The notes beneath the pieces were generated by a model that worked only from the letters and a program-made list of their open reading frames with translations, did not search any database and was not told where the DNA came from. A stretch of 64,000 nt of DNA from Mobula hypostoma. Lineage: Eukaryota. This document shows, one piece after another, positions 1 through 11,724 of the stretch. Made by a program: the position numbers and the translations under genes. How positions within the stretch are numbered: the first letter of the stretch is position 1; each line of letters opens with the position of its first letter. The stretch is taken from the NCBI RefSeq assembly GCF_963921235.1, contig NC_086103.1, positions 128,960,001 through 129,024,000 on the forward strand, read 5' to 3'.

Positions 1-576
1 CTTGGTGAGACCACACCTGGAGTATTGTGTGCAGTTTTGGTCCCCTAATCTGAGGAAAGACATCTTTGCCATAGAGGGAGTACAAAGAAGGTTCACCAGA
101 TTGATTCCTGGAATGGCAGGACTTTCATATGAAGAAAGACTGGATGAACTGGGCTTGTACTCGTTGGAATTTAGAAGATTGAGGGGGGATCTGATTGAAA
201 CGTATAAGATCCTAAAGGGATTGGACAGGCTAGATGCAGGAAGATTGTTCCCGATGTTGGGGAAGTCCAGAACGAGGGGTCACAGTTTGAGGATAGAGGG
301 GAAGCCTTTTAGGACCGAGATTAGGAAAAACTTCTTCACACAGAGAGTGGTGAATCTGTGGAATTCTCTGCCACAGGAGACAGTTGAGGCCAGTTCATTG
401 GCTATATTTAAGAGGGAGTTAGATATGGCCCTTGTGGCTACGGGGGTCAGGGGGTATGGAGGGAAGGCTGGGGCGGGGTTCTGAGTTGGATGATCAGCCA
501 TGATCATAATAAATGGCGGTGCAGGCTCGAAGGGCCGAATGGCCTACTCCTGCACCTATTTTCTATGTTTCTATGT
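1..576 (+). mobile_element. CR1-clade LINE, 3' end (ORF2 C-terminus, 3'UTR, TTTCTATG tail); continues off the window
   Basis: ORF 2..484 (VRPHLEYCVQFWSP...RRLRGDLIETYKI...FFTQRVVNLWNSLP) is a typical CR1 ORF2 C-terminus. It ends in ttctatgtttctatgt and is near-identical to the minus-strand copy at 3471-6545. Confidence 0.95.
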
Positions 577-1673
577 AACAAAGCTACCATTTCACGAGGT
601 AATTTTACTGAAAAAGACATCATCAAGAACCGCTACTGAATATTTAGAGAATACTACAATAGCAGTTTCTGAACTTTATTTCAGATTTTAAAAACATTCT
701 GGAAATTAAAATGAAATACAAAGCTGATGCATTGGCATTAAAAAAAATGTATTAATATTCTGTAGAAAAGGAAGTCTGTCCCATTAATTGGTCTGGACTG
801 GGTACAATTGCATTCCGTTCTGTGCTTGGCTATTAAGTAGCCACAAATGTCGACTAAAGCCTTTACTCCATTTTAAACAAACAGCTAGAAATATTTTTCT
901 CGTTGTTTCTCACATTAAATTGTATTTCCACTGGTATGAAGATTCAGGAGATCGCATTCTCTTTGAAAAATGTGACTGAATGGGAAAGAAGAAGGATTTG
1001 GGGTACAGGTGCAAAGATCAATAAAACTGTGATGCAGCTTAATTTTAGTGCAATCCTTTTAAATAAAAGCACCAAGTTCATTCCCATTGTGTAGGATGGA
1101 AAAGTAAAAGTTGTGTGAAACTTACATTGCCCCATTAAGTATATTGTATAGAGTACTGTCACAGGACTTGGAGAGCAAGAACATGTTACAACGTGAGTAG
1201 GGTTGCCACTTACTATATAATCCACGGTAATGTGAAGCAGTCTATCACTTTATGCAGATCCAAACTGACCACCCAACATATTCTGTCTCAGCTGATAAAG
1301 GCAAATATTTCAAGTTACTGCCTTAAACGCTCTAATTCTCACCTAACTGGTGAAAGTAAAATTTACTGCACTATGACTTTGATACAGGATGCCAATTTTT
1401 CATAGAAGGAACAGAGATTAAGTGGTAGTGACTGGGAAAACCCAAACAGCATCACTCATCATATTTTAAAACTACCAGCATAAGCACACAAAGTGCTTTA
1501 AAGTAAGAAGCCATTTACTTCAAACTGAACAATGAGAGTAAATAAAGATTTTGACAGTATTGCTTTGATAGACTGATGACCACTTTCTATGAATGTGAAC
1601 CTCACTGCCACAGAGAGCAGGTGAGATAATTAACACAGATGCAGTCAGGAAGAAACTATTTAAATGTGTGAGT

Positions 1674-1964
1674 GGGTGGCATGGTAGTGTAGTGGTTAGC
1701 ACAATGCTTTACAGTACGGGTGACCTGTGTTCAAATTCCCACCACTGCCTGTAAGGAGCTTGTATATTCTCCCCGTGACCATGTGGGTTTCCTCCAGTTG
1801 TTCTGGTTTCCTCCCACAGTCCAAAGATGTACCCATTGGTAGGTTAATTGGTCATTGTAAATTGTCCCGTGCTTTGGCTAGGATTAAATTGGGGGTTGCT
1901 GGGTGGAGTGGCTTGAAGGGATCAAAGGGCCTGTTCCACGCTGTAGCTCAGTAAATAAAATAAA
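1674..1964 (+). mobile_element. tRNA-derived SINE (HE1/V-SINE-like)
   Basis: A-box-like tggtagtgtagtggttag, B-box-like gttcaaattcc, V-domain-like gtgggtttcctcc...ggtttcctcccacagtccaaaga, A-rich tail. Confidence 0.8.
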
Positions 1965-2698
1965 GATTGCAAGAATATGATTTCATACGGGGGCAATAAA
2001 AGACTTGTGTAAAGCATGAATCTGTCACGAGCTAAATAGATTGCTTAATTGAGATAAATGCTTTAATTTCTTTGTCATATTCTGTATGGGCAAAACACAA
2101 GGAGGCTCCACCAAAATGTTTTGCTATTTTCTTTTGGGGGTGGGAGGGGAAGAAAACATAACATTGATCGGTAATACATCATTAAGGCTGTTGAAATATT
2201 GACACAACTGTACTACCTAATTCTGAAACACAATTCAGGTGGTTTATTTCTTTGAATCTTCTCGTGTTTTCCTCTCCCTTTCAAAAAATAAGCATTTGGA
2301 ATAAGTAATCCATGCTACCATGTAATTCCAATGTTTCTGTGTGTAAGCCTATACTATTTTCTTAGCCCAGTGTATACATCAGCCAAGTTTAAGTTTATCA
2401 TTGCTTTTCCAGCGCAGTGAACTGGAATGGAGAATTTGGTTGGTACTTTTCCACTCACCAGGGGATATTGTGATTGTATTTAGTCTGTTCCCAGATGAGA
2501 TCTGTTAAATCAGCCCTTACCAGCAGTTGACTATTGGACTTTTCCTTTTCTGTATGACAATGTAACAGCTCAGACAACTGATTAACCATTCTATCTTTTT
2601 GAATTGATTAAGACAAAAAAATGTATTCAAAGATTACATCTGGCATGAAAAAATACGTCAAATGTGGGACTTACAACAATGACTGCAAAAATAGTTAC

Positions 2699-2800
2699 TT
2701 TCTTTGAGGTAATTCAGCTGTTCTTTAATTTTTTCTGCTCGATCCATGTAGTCTGTTACCTTCTTTCGATAATGGACTTTTTTTGCTTCATCTTTTGTAG
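2699..2800 (-). CDS. MITD1: MITD1 second coding exon (102 nt, phase 1-1): (A)TKDEAKKVHYRKKVTDYMDRAEKIKEQLNYLKE
   Basis: Minus-strand ttttaatag acceptor and GTAACT donor. The YMDRAE.IK motif matches MIT domain helix 3, and the frame joins the 6771-6915 exon. Later exons were not found and probably lie left of the window. Confidence 0.93.
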
Positions 2801-3470
2801 CTATTAAAACAAACAAATTAGTCCGGCAGTCATGACATAAGCCGTATGAGCAGTTTACATTCAGTTTCTATTCCTCTGTGATTTAAGTGGATGACTCATG
2901 CTTGCTTTTGGTTACATAGGTTTTACAACCCTTATTTATCTTACCCAGGTGTTCATCCATCATTGAAAATTGAAAGACGATTTGATTATATTGTCATATG
3001 ATTGAGACCACTTTTACTTTAAACATTAGACCTTTCAATGTGGGGATCAGTGTTACCACCTGCTTGAAATGCATTGTGCATTCCTCTTTTAACCCAAGAC
3101 ATGTTGCAGTTAATTCTTCTGCTCCGGCTTAGTTGAGGCATGCTAACAAATTAGGGTTCAAGCCTTGTACTTCCAAGGCTAATATGCTTGTGAATCACAT
3201 CCTATATAGATTTCATACATTAAACAATCAAAAAAGCAATTGTAAAACAATTGCAACAATTAAGGCAATAAGCATATAACACAATAAAGTGAACCCTTTG
3301 CATTATTTTTTAAAAAGTAATTTGGGGCATCACAGTAGTGGAGTGGTTAGCATAGTGCATTTATAGATCCTATTACATGCCCCACCAATTATATATTCGG
3401 TCTGTGTTGGTTGTTGACACAAATAATGCATTTCATTGTATGTTTCGATGGTTCAATGTACATGTGACAA

Positions 3471-6400
3471 ATAGAAACATAGAAACATAGAAAATAGGTG
3501 CAGGAGTAGGCCATTCGGCCCTTCGAGCCTGCACCGCCATTTATTATGATCATGGCTGATCATCCAACTCAGAACCCAGCCTTCCCTCCATACCCCCTGA
3601 CCCCTGTAGCCACAAGGGCCATATCTAACTTCCTTTTAAACATAGCTAATGAACTGGCCTCAACAGTTTGCTGTGGCAGAGAATTCCACAGATTCACCAC
3701 TCTCTGTGTGAAGAAGTTTTTCCTAACCTCGGTCCTAAAAGGCTTCCCCTCTATCCTCAAACTGTGACCCCTCGTTCTAGACCTCCCCAACATCGGGAAC
3801 AATCTTCCTGCATCTAGCCTGTCCAATCCCTTTAGGATCTTATACGTTTCAATCAGATCCCCCCTCAATCTTCTAAATTCCAACGAGTACAAGCCCAGTT
3901 CATCCAGTCTTTCTTCATATGAAAGACCTGCCATCCCAGGAATCAATCTGGTGAACCTTCTTTGTACTCCCTCTATGGCAAAGATGTCTTTCCTCAGATT
4001 AGGGGACCAAAACTGCACACAATACTCCAGGTGTGGTCTCACCAAGGCCTTGTACAACTGCAGTAGTACCTCCCTGCTCCTGTACTCGAATCCTCTCGCT
4101 ATAAATGCCAGCATACCGTTCGCCTTTTTCACCGCCTGCTGTACCTGCATGCCCACTTTCAATGACTGGTGTATAATGACACCCAGGTCTCGTTGCACCT
4201 CCCCTTTTCCTAATCGGCCACCATTCAGATAATAATCTGTTTTCCTATTTTTGCCACCAAAGTGGATAACTTCACATTTATCCACATTAAATTGCATCTG
4301 CCATGAGTTTGCCCACTCACCCAACCTATCCAAGTCACCCTGCATCCTCTTAGCATCCTCCTCACTGCTAACACTGCCACCCAGCTTCGTGTCATCCGCA
4401 AACTTGGAGATGCTGCATTTAATTCCCTCATCCAAGTCATTAATATATATTGTAAACAACTGGGGTCCCAGCACTGAGCCTTGCGGTACCCCACTAGTCA
4501 CCGCCTGCCATTCTGAAAAGGTCCCGTTTATTCCCACTCTTTGCTTCCTGTCTGCTAACCAATTCTCCACCCACACCAATACCTTACCCCCAATACCGTG
4601 TGCTTTAAGTTTGCACACTAATCTCCTATGTGGGACCTTGTCAAAAGCCTTTTGAAAATCCAAATATACCACATCCACTGGTTCTCCCCTATCCACTCTA
4701 CTAGTTACATCCTCAAAAAATTCTATGAGATTCGTCAGACATGATTTTCCTTTCACAAATCCATGCTGACTTTGTCCGATCATTTCACCGCTTTCCAAAT
4801 GTGCTGTTATCACATCCTTGATAACTGACTCCAGCAGTTTCCCCACCACCGACGTTAGGCTAACCGGCCTATAATTCCCCGGTTTCTCTCTCCCTCCTTT
4901 TTTAAAAAGTGGGGTTACATTAGCCACCCTCCAATCCTCAGGAACTAGTCCAGAATCTAACGAGTTTTGAAAAATTATCACTAATGCATCCACTATTTCT
5001 TGGGCCACTTCCTTAAGCACTCTGGGATGCAGACCATCTGGCCCTGGGGATTTATCTGCCTTCAATCCCTTCAATTTACCTAACACCACTTCCCTACTAA
5101 CATGTATTTCGCTCAGTTCCTCCATCTCACTGGACCCTCTGTCCCTTACTATTTCTGGAAGATTATTTATGTCCTCCTTAGTGAAGACAGAACCAAAGTA
5201 ATTATTCAATTGGTCTGCCATGTCCTTGCTCCCCATAATCAATTCACCTGTTTCTGTTTGCAGGGGACCTACATTTGTCTTTATCAGTCTTTTCCTTTTT
5301 ACATATCTATAAAAGCTTTTACAGTCCGTTTTTATGTTCTCTGCCAGTTTTCTCTCATACTCTTTTTTCCCCTTCCTAATTAAGCCCTTTGTCCTCCTCT
5401 GCTGAACTCTGAATTTCTCCCAGTCCTCAGGTGAGCCACTTTCTCTGGCTAATTTGTATGCTACTTCTTTGGAATTGATACTATCCCTAATTTCTCTTGT
5501 CAGCCACGGGTGCACTACCTTCCTTGATTTATTCTTTTGCCAAACTGGGATGAACAATTGTTGTAGTTCATCCATGCAACCTTTAAATGCCTGCCATTGC
5601 ATATCCACCGTCAATCCTTGAAGTGTCATTTGCCAGTCTATCTTAGCTAATTCATGTCTCATACCTTCAAAGTTACCCCTCTTTAAGTTCAGAACCTTTG
5701 TTTCTGAATTAACTACGTCACTCTCCATGTTAATGAAGAATTCCACCATATTATGGTCACTCTTACCCAAGGGGCCTCTCACGACAAGATCGCTAATTAA
5801 CCCTTCCTCATTGCTCAAAACCCAGTCCAGAATAGCCTGCTCTCTAGTCGGTTCCTCGACATGTTGGTTCAAAAAACCATCCCGCATACATTCCAAGAAA
5901 TCCTCTTCCTCAGCACCTTTACCAATTTGGTTCACCCAGTCTACATGTAGATTGAAGTCACCCATTATAACTGCTGTTCCTTTATTGCACACATTTCTAA
6001 TTTCCTGTTTAATACCATCTCCGACCTCACTACTACTGTTAGGTGGCCTGTACACAACTCCCACCAGCGTCTTCTGCCCCTTAGTGTTACGCAGCTCTAC
6101 CCATATCGATTCCACATCTTCCCGGCTTATGTCCTTCCTTTCTATTGCGTTAATCTCTTTTTTAACCAGCAACGCCACCCCACCTCCCCTTCCTTCGTGT
6201 CTATCCCTCCTGAATATTGAATATCCCTGAACGTTGAGCTCCCATCCCTGGTCACCCTGGAGCCATGTCTCTGTGATCCCAACTATATCATAATCATTAA
6301 TAACAATCTGCACTTTCAATTCATCCACCTTATTACGAATGCTCCTTGCATTGACACATAAAGCCTTCAGGCACTCTTTTACAACTCTCTTAGCCCTTTT

Positions 6401-6545
6401 TAATGCTTGCCCTGGATTTGTCGGCCTGCCACTTTTACTTTTCCCCTTTGTACTTTTTGCTTCTACGCTCACTTTACACCCCTCTGTCTCTCTGCACTGG
6501 TTCCCATCCCTCTGTTGTGAACTAACCTCCTCACACCTAGCCGCT
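3471..6545 (-). mobile_element. CR1-clade LINE, 5'-truncated, with intact ORF2, in a MITD1 intron
   Basis: The atagaaac repeats at 3471-3492 are the reverse complement of the tail. The element contains the uninterrupted ORF at 3569..6472. Confidence 0.95.
3569..6472 (-). CDS. CR1 ORF2: APE endonuclease plus reverse transcriptase (967 aa)
   Basis: APE motifs VNARS, GITETW, MGDFN, SDH. RT motifs NYRPVSLTS, YLDFQKAFDKV, GVPQGSVLGP, FADD. The called start codon is GTG. Confidence 0.93.
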   Translation of the reverse strand: MSVEAKSTKGKSKSGRPTNPGQALKRAKRVVKECLKALCVNARSIRNKVDELKVQIVINDYDIVGITETWLQGDQGWELNVQGYSIFRRDRHEGRGGGVALLVKKEINAIERKDISREDVESIWVELRNTKGQKTLVGVVYRPPNSSSEVGDGIKQEIRNVCNKGTAVIMGDFNLHVDWVNQIGKGAEEEDFLECMRDGFLNQHVEEPTREQAILDWVLSNEEGLISDLVVRGPLGKSDHNMVEFFINMESDVVNSETKVLNLKRGNFEGMRHELAKIDWQMTLQGLTVDMQWQAFKGCMDELQQLFIPVWQKNKSRKVVHPWLTREIRDSINSKEVAYKLARESGSPEDWEKFRVQQRRTKGLIRKGKKEYERKLAENIKTDCKSFYRYVKRKRLIKTNVGPLQTETGELIMGSKDMADQLNNYFGSVFTKEDINNLPEIVRDRGSSEMEELSEIHVSREVVLGKLKGLKADKSPGPDGLHPRVLKEVAQEIVDALVIIFQNSLDSGLVPEDWRVANVTPLFKKGGREKPGNYRPVSLTSVVGKLLESVIKDVITAHLESGEMIGQSQHGFVKGKSCLTNLIEFFEDVTSRVDRGEPVDVVYLDFQKAFDKVPHRRLVCKLKAHGIGGKVLVWVENWLADRKQRVGINGTFSEWQAVTSGVPQGSVLGPQLFTIYINDLDEGIKCSISKFADDTKLGGSVSSEEDAKRMQGDLDRLGEWANSWQMQFNVDKCEVIHFGGKNRKTDYYLNGGRLGKGEVQRDLGVIIHQSLKVGMQVQQAVKKANGMLAFIARGFEYRSREVLLQLYKALVRPHLEYCVQFWSPNLRKDIFAIEGVQRRFTRLIPGMAGLSYEERLDELGLYSLEFRRLRGDLIETYKILKGLDRLDAGRLFPMLGRSRTRGHSLRIEGKPFRTEVRKNFFTQRVVNLWNSLPQQTVEASSLAMFKRKLDMALVATGVRGYGGKAGF

Positions 6546-6770
6546 TTAATTTGATAAAACTAAATAAAACTAGTCTCTGATTTATTTTTCTACTTCTCAG
6601 TTGATACTCGTGTTTGGTTTATTTAGCTTGTGCAACAATAAGTATTTTCATAATTAATACTTACTTTAGTTCTGAAAAACATAAGAGCAGGAAAAGTACT
6701 TGCAGTTTTTTTTTTGGAAGTTCTAGAACTCATGATATTTCAGCAGAGCGAACTTTAGAGGCTTTACTAC

Positions 6771-6915
6771 CTTTCAACACTTCCATAAGAAGATGGATGC
6801 CTTCCTGATAGCAAATCAATGCATCTTGCAAATGGGAATCATTGTCCAATTCAACAGCCCTCTTCAGCACTGTCACGGCTGAGTTCTCCATTCCTGTCAA
6901 CATGCTCTGCGACAT
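6771..6915 (-). CDS. MITD1: MITD1 first coding exon: [48 protein letters not shown](A)
   Basis: MIT-domain N-terminus ([12 protein letters not shown]...ALxCYQEGIxLL). ATG lies in a gccATG context. Donor AG|GTAGTA at 6770. A ttatttatag acceptor 11 nt upstream of the ATG puts the exon start at 6926. Confidence 0.95.
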
Positions 6916-7194
6916 GGCAGCAGAATCTATAAATAACAGTTAACAAAAGCTTATAAAACATTCTTTAATGTAACTGCTGTATAAAAAAGCTAATTTGTAT
7001 GACACTTGTACCATGGGTTTATATGCCTATGACAATGAATCTCAACTTGATTGGACAGTAGGAAACATCAACTGCTTTATCATTATAGATGTTGATATCA
7101 AAGGGTTGAAGGTACAAATGCAAGAGAGAATGTCATGCAAGAGGGTTTGGTCAAGGGAGGCAGAGGACTTCCCACAAGACGAAACCTAACATCA

Positions 7195-8786
7195 TGAATG
7201 GCTGCGATGCTTCACTCCCAGATGAGCTCAATACCTTTTATGCACGCTTTGAAAGGGAGAATAAAAGTACTGTACACCGTTGCAAATCCCTGTAGCATCT
7301 GCTGACCCTATGATCTTTCTCTCAGAGGCAGACGGCAGAACTTCTTTCAAGAAGCGGAACCTTCGCAAGGTGTGAGGCCCAGATGGTGTACCTGGTAGGA
7401 CACTGAAAACCTGTGCCAACCAGCTGGTGAGAGTGTTCAAAGACATCTCCAATCTCTCGCTGCTGCAGTTGGAGGTTCCCATTTACTTCAAAAGGGTGAC
7501 AATCACATCAGAGCCCAAGAGGAGCAGGGTGAGCTGCCTCAATGATCATTGCCCAGTTGCGTTCGCATCTACTTTGATGATGTGATTTGAGAGGTTGGTC
7601 TTGGCCAGAATCAGCTCCTGCCTAAGCAATTACCTGGACCCGCTGCAATTTGCCTGTCACCACAATAGGTCCACAATGGATGCAGTCTCACTGGCTTTCC
7701 ACTCAGCCTTGGAATCACCTGGACAATACTAATACTTGTGTCAAGCTGATGTTTACTGATTACACCTCAGTGCTCAACACCATCACACCCTCAGTTCTAA
7801 TCAACAAGCTCCAAAATGTGGGCCTCTTTACCTCCCTCTGCAACTGGATCCTCGGCAGGAGACCATAGTTAGCATGGATCTGAAATAACATCTCCTCCTT
7901 GCTGACTGGTGCACCTCAAGGATTCATGCTTAATCCAAGTGTCTTCTCTCTTTCTATACCCATAACTGTGTGGCTAGGCACAGCTGAAGTGCCATCTATA
8001 AATTTGCTGTCAGAATTTCAGATGGTGACAAGGAGGCATACAGGAGTGAGATCGATCAGCTGGTTGAGTGGTGTCAAAACAACCTTGCACTCAATGTCAG
8101 TAAGACTAAAGAATTCATTATGGACATCAGAAAGAGGAAATAGAGTGAACACACTTTTCGGCAGATCAGAGGTGAATAAGGTGAGCAATTTCAAGTTCCT
8201 AGGTGTCAACATCTCTGACAGTCTATCCTGGGCCCAACATATTCATGTGATTACAGAGAAGGCATGGCAGTGGCTACATTTCATTACGAGTTTGAGGAGA
8301 CTTGGTCTGCCACAAAAAGACTCTCGGAAATTTCTACTGATGCACCGTGGAGAGCATTCTGACTGGCTGCATCACCGTCTGGTATGGGGCGGCCACTGCC
8401 CAGGAACAGAAAAATCTGCAGAAAGTTGTAAACCATCATGGGCAATAGCCTTCCCAGCATCGGGGACACCTTCAAAACCCAATGCCTCAAAAAGGCAGTA
8501 CTGCTCATTAAGGACCCCCATCACCCAGGACGCGTCCTCTTCCCATTGCTACGATCAAGGAGGCGGTACAGGAGCCTGAAGACACACACTCGAAGTTTCA
8601 GGAGCAGCTTCTTCCCCTCTGCCATGTACACCACCTCACCACTCTTTTGCTCTCCTTTTGCACTAATTTCATTTTTTATGTAACTACTGTAATTTATAGC
8701 TTTTTTATCATATATTGCAATGTACTGTTGCTGCAAAACAAATTTCATGACATATGCCAGAGATATTAAACCTGATTCAGATTCTG
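7195..8786 (+). mobile_element. Degenerate Rex1/Babar-like LINE fragment
   Basis: Broken RT remnants (GPDGVPGRTLK, GAPQG, FKFLGVNI) and the tail aaacctgattcagattctga. Confidence 0.75.
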
Positions 8787-8911
8787 AGAATGATAATAAG
8801 TTAGGAAGAAAAATATGGGACCAAGAGGTAAAACAGGTTTCTCATCTGAAGATCTGCATCTAAAGTTGAACTCTGTTGAGTCAGGAAAGCATTTCAATTT
8901 TCCAAAGGTAT

Positions 8912-9580
8912 AAGACCATAACACATAGGAGCAGAATTAGGCTATTCAGTCCTTCAAAGTCTGCACTACCTTTCAATTAAGGCTGTTTTTTTTTAAACCC
9001 CATTTTCGGTTCTTGGCCTTGGCCTCCACAGCCATTTTGTGGCAATGAATTTCATAGAATTGCCACTTTTCAGCTGAAAAACAATCCTCTTCATCTCAGT
9101 TTTAAAGGAAATTTCCTTTATTCTGAGGTTCTATCCTCAGGTCCAGACTCTTCCTACTAATGGAAACATCCTCTCCTTGTCCACACTATCCAGGCCTTTC
9201 AGAATCCAGTGGGTCCCTCTTCCCCTCCCCTCCCCCATCCTTATGAACTCCAATGAGGACAGGCTCAGACATTAAACACTATTAATGTTAAGCCTTTCAT
9301 TCCTGAGATCAATTCTGTGAATCTCCATTGAACACTCTTCAAGGCCAGCATATCCTTTCTTAGATTATGGGGCTCACAGTTTTCCAAATGTGGTCTGATC
9401 AATGCCTTTTAAAGCCTCAGCTGTATATTCTTGCTTTTATATTCTAGTCCTCTCAAAATGAATGTCAACATTGCATTTGCAACCTTTACTACTGACACAA
9501 TCTACAAGTGAACCTTGAGGTAATCCTAAACTAGCAATAATAGTCCCATTGCACCTCTGGTTTCTGAATTTTCTTCCTAT
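8912..9580 (-). mobile_element. Degenerate CR1 3' fragment
   Basis: ccataacacataggagcagaattaggc tail motif, and diverged similarity to 3490-4250. Confidence 0.7.
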
Positions 9581-10612
9581 TTTGAAAATAATGCCCAGTC
9601 TGTTGACCACTCTTCAGGTGCATTTAATCAGGAATTTGTAAAAGAGTTGTAAAACATGAGATACAGCATTTTCATTTTTCCAAGGAGAAGAATTTTACCT
9701 TTGGTTAAATTGACAAGTGCGATTTTTTTCCTTTCTTTTTCAATGGTCCAACGAAGAAACTGCCAGGCACGAGGGCTTCAGGACAGGTGGTGGCTGGAGC
9801 TCCAGGAATACAAGGAGTTGTATTTGGACCCTGAGAGGCAAAGCTGCATTTATCTTAAAAGTTAGTTTTGTTTCCCCGTCCACCATTAGGGCACGCGGGC
9901 AGTAATATCCGAGTCACATTGATGTTTGAGAGGGGATTTGAAGCAAACTGATGAACGAAGGTGGGGGGATGATATATGGAGTCATATTGGTACTTGATTT
10001 ATACAGCCATGTAAAATATACATGACTGAGAATGTACTGCAATTCACCAAGTCTGCATTAAGCACGCTTTGTGGTCAGCACCATGATCCCACTCAAGTCC
10101 AGACTGAGTATCGGCGGTAAATTCGACGTATGTCAACTTCACAGTGAATGTTCAGAAGCAGGACCTTAAACTATATTCCTCTCTAGTCCATGAAACAGGC
10201 ACAGTCCGTTATTCATTTTTTTTTATTTGTTGAAACAAACTGGTGAACTGGGGTGGGATGGGGGGTTAAAATAACAAAATAATGACTTGGATGAGGGAGG
10301 GATCAAGCGGTGGATGGGTTGCCTCTACCTTGACACTCCCAGTTTCCGTCATTATTTTAACCCTCATCTCCCCCAACTCTATTACTCCTCCTCACTCAGC
10401 TCCTAACGCTTACTAGCTCCTGTCCCATCTGGCCTCTCGCCTCTCTGTACTGGCCATCTCCCTCCTTCAGTCCGGATCAAGGATCTCCGCCGCTGGGTCC
10501 CTCCGGCAATTTGCTCTTTATCCTATAACTGTGTTGTAAAGTCTCTCTCCCTCTGGTCTTGTGCCTCTGCCCCGTTCACGTCCTTATTGTTCGTCCCTGC
10601 TTTGGTACTTAC

Positions 10613-10720
10613 TGTAAATCCGGAACGCAGCAGTTGTTGTGGTTCGGAAGGCCGCTCGGACAAGTGCCTGCGCCGGCCGGCCTGCCGCTCTTGTTAAGAA
10701 CCGTGCGAAATATGGCAATG
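10613..10720 (-). other. MITD1: Putative non-coding exon 1 of MITD1 (TSS approximate)
   Basis: Minus-strand donor ACA|GTAAGT at 10612 inside the CpG island. The coding exon at 6926 has an upstream acceptor, which needs a donor. Confidence 0.65.
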
Positions 10721-11023
10721 TAATCGCATCGTAACACGGCAGTGAATCGGGGAAATCAAATATCAATTAGAATAGCTACAAAAACAATGGAACGCGGCAT
10801 AACTGACAGTATCGATCAGCGACAACGCCAGGGAAGGGCGGGCGGGGCCGGGAGGCCGCCAGGGGTCCCCGGGGCGGGGACGGGGCGGGACGGGACACCC
10901 ATCTGCCCTCAGTAGTTTCGGCCGACCGGCGTCGCTGTAGATTGACGACACTACGCCTGGTCTTTGCCGAGCTGCGTTTCCTACTGAATCGGCCTTTAGT
11001 TGGCGACCTTCGGCTTTCCAGCG

Positions 11024-11059
11024 ATGGCCGTTCTCTTCAGGAACGTTAACCGACTCACG
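11024..11059 (+). CDS. MRPL30: MRPL30 coding exon 1: MAVLFRNVNRLT
   Basis: gcgATGG Kozak context, strong donor ACG|GTAAGT, phase 0 compatible with the next exon, mitochondrial-leader-like composition. Confidence 0.8.
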
Positions 11060-11532
11060 GTAAGTTTGTTGCGGTCACGATGTACTTCACATTGAGGCCT
11101 TCTTCTGCTGTGTGTAATGGAGTCACCGTCCTCCTGCCTGAGTATTTCATGTGTCATTGTATTTTTTTAAACGTACTCGCCAGCGGTGTTTACAAAAATA
11201 AATGAGGTTTTCCTTCCGTAACTGTTGAGTGGGGGTAAATATGTTCAGTGCCTTAGCGCTTGTACACCCCGTGCTAGTAATTTAGCCAAGGCCTCAGAGT
11301 TCCAGCAGCCCATATTCAAATCTGACCTCGGTAGGGAGTTTGTACGTTTCTCTTTGCGACCACATGGATTTCCCTCGATGCACCGGTTGCACCTTGCTGA
11401 TTGTTAGAATAGTTGTTGCTTGCACAAAAACTGTTACTGTTTGTCTGTTACTATTGACAACATGGTAATTTAAAAGTCAGCACCATTTTCAGAGGCATGC
11501 CCTTTGTATTCAAAACATGCTGATCCTACACG

Positions 11533-11724
11533 CAACATACACAGAATACTGGAGGAACTCGGCAGCATCTATGGAAAAAATGCAGTCGACATTTTGGGCC
11601 AGAACCCTTCGGCAGGAGTCCTTTTTTTTCCCCATAGGTGCTACCTGGCCTGCTGAGTTCTTCCAGCATTTTGTGTGTGTTGCTCGGATTTCCAGCATCT
11701 GCAGATTTTCTGTTGTTTGTGATT
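11533..11724. mobile_element. Miniature palindromic PLE-derived element with hammerhead remnant
   Basis: The left arm gcaacatacacagaatactggaggaactc...gcagcatctatgg is the reverse complement of the right arm ccataggtgctacc...gagttcttccagcattttgtgtgtgttgc. Flanked by a degenerate direct repeat, tgatcctacacg / tgatattacacg. Confidence 0.75.

Larger units (their letters stand above)
10600..11080. promoter_or_regulatory. CpG-island bidirectional promoter, MITD1/MRPL30
   Basis: CpG-rich. Tandem GC boxes (about 10836-10893) and ETS-like cggaa motifs lie between divergent first exons. Confidence 0.85.

Noticed and set aside
1674-1745. tRNA-like A and B boxes
   Set aside because: This is a SINE head followed by a SINE body; there is no complete cloverleaf.
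2450-2560. Strong minus-strand donor (TG|GTGAGT at 2458), a possible cryptic or poison MITD1 exon
   Set aside because: No MITD1 homology and only weak acceptors; unsupported without RNA data.
3951-6554. Several + strand ORFs of 70-170 aa
   Set aside because: Antisense shadows of the CR1 ORF2.
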